Shown here one piece after another: positions 61,680-64,000 of a stretch of DNA of 64,000 nt. The notes beneath the pieces are model-generated. The model made no database searches. It was given only the letters and a program-made list of their open reading frames with translations, and had not been told where the DNA came from. The stretch is from Lama guanicoe (lineage: Eukaryota). Where the stretch lies: NCBI GenBank assembly GCA_013239625.1, contig MU054049.1, forward strand, positions 197,015-261,014. Direction: 5' to 3'. The position numbers were made by a program, and so were the translations under genes. Positions within the stretch are counted from its first letter, which is position 1; every line of letters begins with the position of its first letter.

Positions 61680-63516
61680 AGGATTTCTGCTTATAACCAT
61701 CATGGAGTAACCAGTTCCAAACTCGTCCTCCTGCTGAAAATAAGTGTAAAACTGGACAAAATATATGTTTTCACATATTGAGCCAAAGAAAACACAGGTC
61801 CATGATCCTTAAGAGAAGGGAATCTCATGAAGTGAGCTCCACATTCACCCTGGTTTCCTTCCTAGATGCGATTTTCAGCTGTCATGCAGGGAGGTGGAAG
61901 GGGAACTCAAGCAGAAGATGTTTCACTCAGCTGAGGAAGTTTAAATGATATTTTTGGGAGATTCGTGTTGCTAAAGTGGCTAGAATTGTAGGGCACAGTA
62001 TTGGGGAAAAAACAGTTTCCCGATGAGCCTTGTGAATATCTGCACAGGGATTTGCAACAGGTCTTTTGTGATGGCTGGGCTATCAGTGGGCAGGATGGAA
62101 CTCTGTAAAACCTAGAAGGAACCATTACGTGGGAGCTGAGAGCTTAGTAAAGATACCAAGGTTGTGCAGCGCTAGGAGGTGTCAGAGTTGCAGCTGAACC
62201 AGAGTTCAGGTATAACTCTGCCTCAGAAAGACTTCACCTAAGAGTAAGAATTCTACCCTTACTTACCCTACCTAGGAGTAAGGGTCTTGCCCTAGGATTA
62301 AGTTAAGAAGCTAAGTTAAAAAGGGAATAAACAAATAAACCAAACCAACTACACTTAGGCCCTTCCTAACAGAGGCTAAAATCAATCCTGACAGAACAAA
62401 AAGGATCTACTGATAATTCAGTTGCCTGCCAAATAGAGCTCAACATCCTATGAAGGAGAATGAGACAACCCAGACATCCTATATTATGTTAGCTAACGTA
62501 TCTAGCACTCAATGAAAAATATTACATATGAAGAAACTGGGAAATATGACCCTTTATCAAAGGCACAGGAAAACATGATTCATAATAATACCAAAAAAAA
62601 AAAAAGTCAGTGGAAACAGAACCCAAGGTAATACAGATGCAGAACAATGGACAAGGTCATTAAAGAAGAAACCTACCTTAAAAAGGTAGGTTTAAGGACT
62701 TAAAGAAAAATATGGACATACTGAAGCAAATGAAAATTCTAGAAAAGAAAAGTAAAATATCTAAAATGAGAAATACGTTTACAAGGAATAATGGAAGATA
62801 AACATCTGCTAAGGAATAATTATTGAATGGAGGTGGATGCAGATCAATTAATACTTTCAAATCAGAAGAGCAAAGGAAATAACAGACTGATAAAAAGAGC
62901 AGATCCTCAGGCACCTGTAGGATAATAACAAGCAGTTTAGCATATGTGTAATTTGAATCCCAGAAAAGTAGAAGACAGGATAAGGCAGAAAAAAATATTT
63001 GAAGAAATAATATCCCAAATTTCCCCAAACTTAGTGAAAAACAAACCTATGGATTCAAGAAGTTCAGCAAATGACGAGCAAGAAAAATACAAGGAAAAGC
63101 ATATGTGGTCAGATCATAGTTAAACTGCTGAAAACTAAAGATAGCATGAAAATCTTTAAAGCAGCTGAAGAAAGAAGCGAACATACAGAGAAAAATGATT
63201 AAAATGATGGGTGGCTTACTACCATAAACTATGGAAGCCAGAAGACTATGGAACACTTTTTAAAATGCCGAGTGGAAAAAGGTGTCAATCCACAGTTCTG
63301 TATCCACCAAAGCTATCTTCCACATACATTGGTGAAATAAAGATATTCTCACCTACAGGAAAGCTGAGAGCATTTTTAACCAGTAGAGCTTCCATACAGA
63401 ACCACTAAGGGAAGTTCTTCAGGCTGAAAGGAAATGACACCAGATAGAAACGTGTACCTGGGAATAAGAGTAGCAGAGTGTATATATATTTCCATTTTCT
63501 TTGGTATTTATATATA

Positions 63517-63559
<43 letters not shown>

Positions 63560-64000
63560 ACATATATATATATATAAATATAAAGACCATTTTTTATTTT
63601 TATTAAATAATATATGACTAGCTAAAGCAAAAATAACATTGTATTCTCTATAAATGTTATATTATATTCTATCACATTATATTTACTACATATAAGGGTG
63701 AAAAACTTATAGTAATAGTATAAGGAATGGAATTTGATTGTTTAAAATTCTTATACTTTACATGAAATTACTATATTGATTCTATGTAGACTACAAATTG
63801 AGAATGTATATTATTATCCTTAGAGAAACCATTAAAAACTAATGTAAAGTTTTATAACTAAAGAGCAAATAAAGAACTGTAAATGGAATACTTAAGATAA
63901 TTTAACTAAAAAAAAGACAAAAAGCAGGAACACAGGAATGAAACAAATGGGACAACTAGAAACAAGATGGTAGACTTAAAATTCATCTATTCCTAATTAT
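61680..64000 (+). mobile_element. old L1 5'UTR/ORF1/inter-ORF region with (TA)n
   Basis: 'aaatatttgaagaaataatatcccaaatttcccc','catagttaaactgctgaaaactaaaga','actatggaagccagaagactatggaa','gaagttcttcaggctgaaagg'. Confidence 0.8.

Noticed and set aside
1..64000. CRISPR array, rRNA or prokaryotic system
   Set aside because: Sequence is mammalian; no repeat-spacer structure or operon seen

Overview
Repeat-rich mammalian DNA with no intact host gene visible. It is very probably camelid, judging from tRNA-derived Vic-1-type SINEs and young L1 3' ends. Roughly half is recognisable transposon debris (L1, L2, MIR, L3, MaLR/ERV LTRs, Tigger1, hAT MERs). The main result comes from hand-translating the non-repeat DNA between about 1.5 and 55.2 kb. 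It repeatedly shows, always on the + strand, decayed V-set Ig domains with motifs of the EWI family (IGSF3/IGSF8/CD101/PTGFRN). About 30 domain remnants and 7-8 separate N-terminal (domain-1-type) modules are visible, plus TM-like tails. Several domains run directly into each other with no intron. This reads as a fossil tandem array of intron-poor EWI-like genes, inactivated before old MIR and MLT1 elements inserted into its coding sequence. At 59.1-61.3 kb is a decayed Gypsy/Metaviridae pol relic (RNase H, integrase, GPY/F). All protein similarities were read by eye across stops and frameshifts against family sequences recalled from memory. They need a frameshift-aware profile search to confirm. 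Coordinates of old features are approximate.
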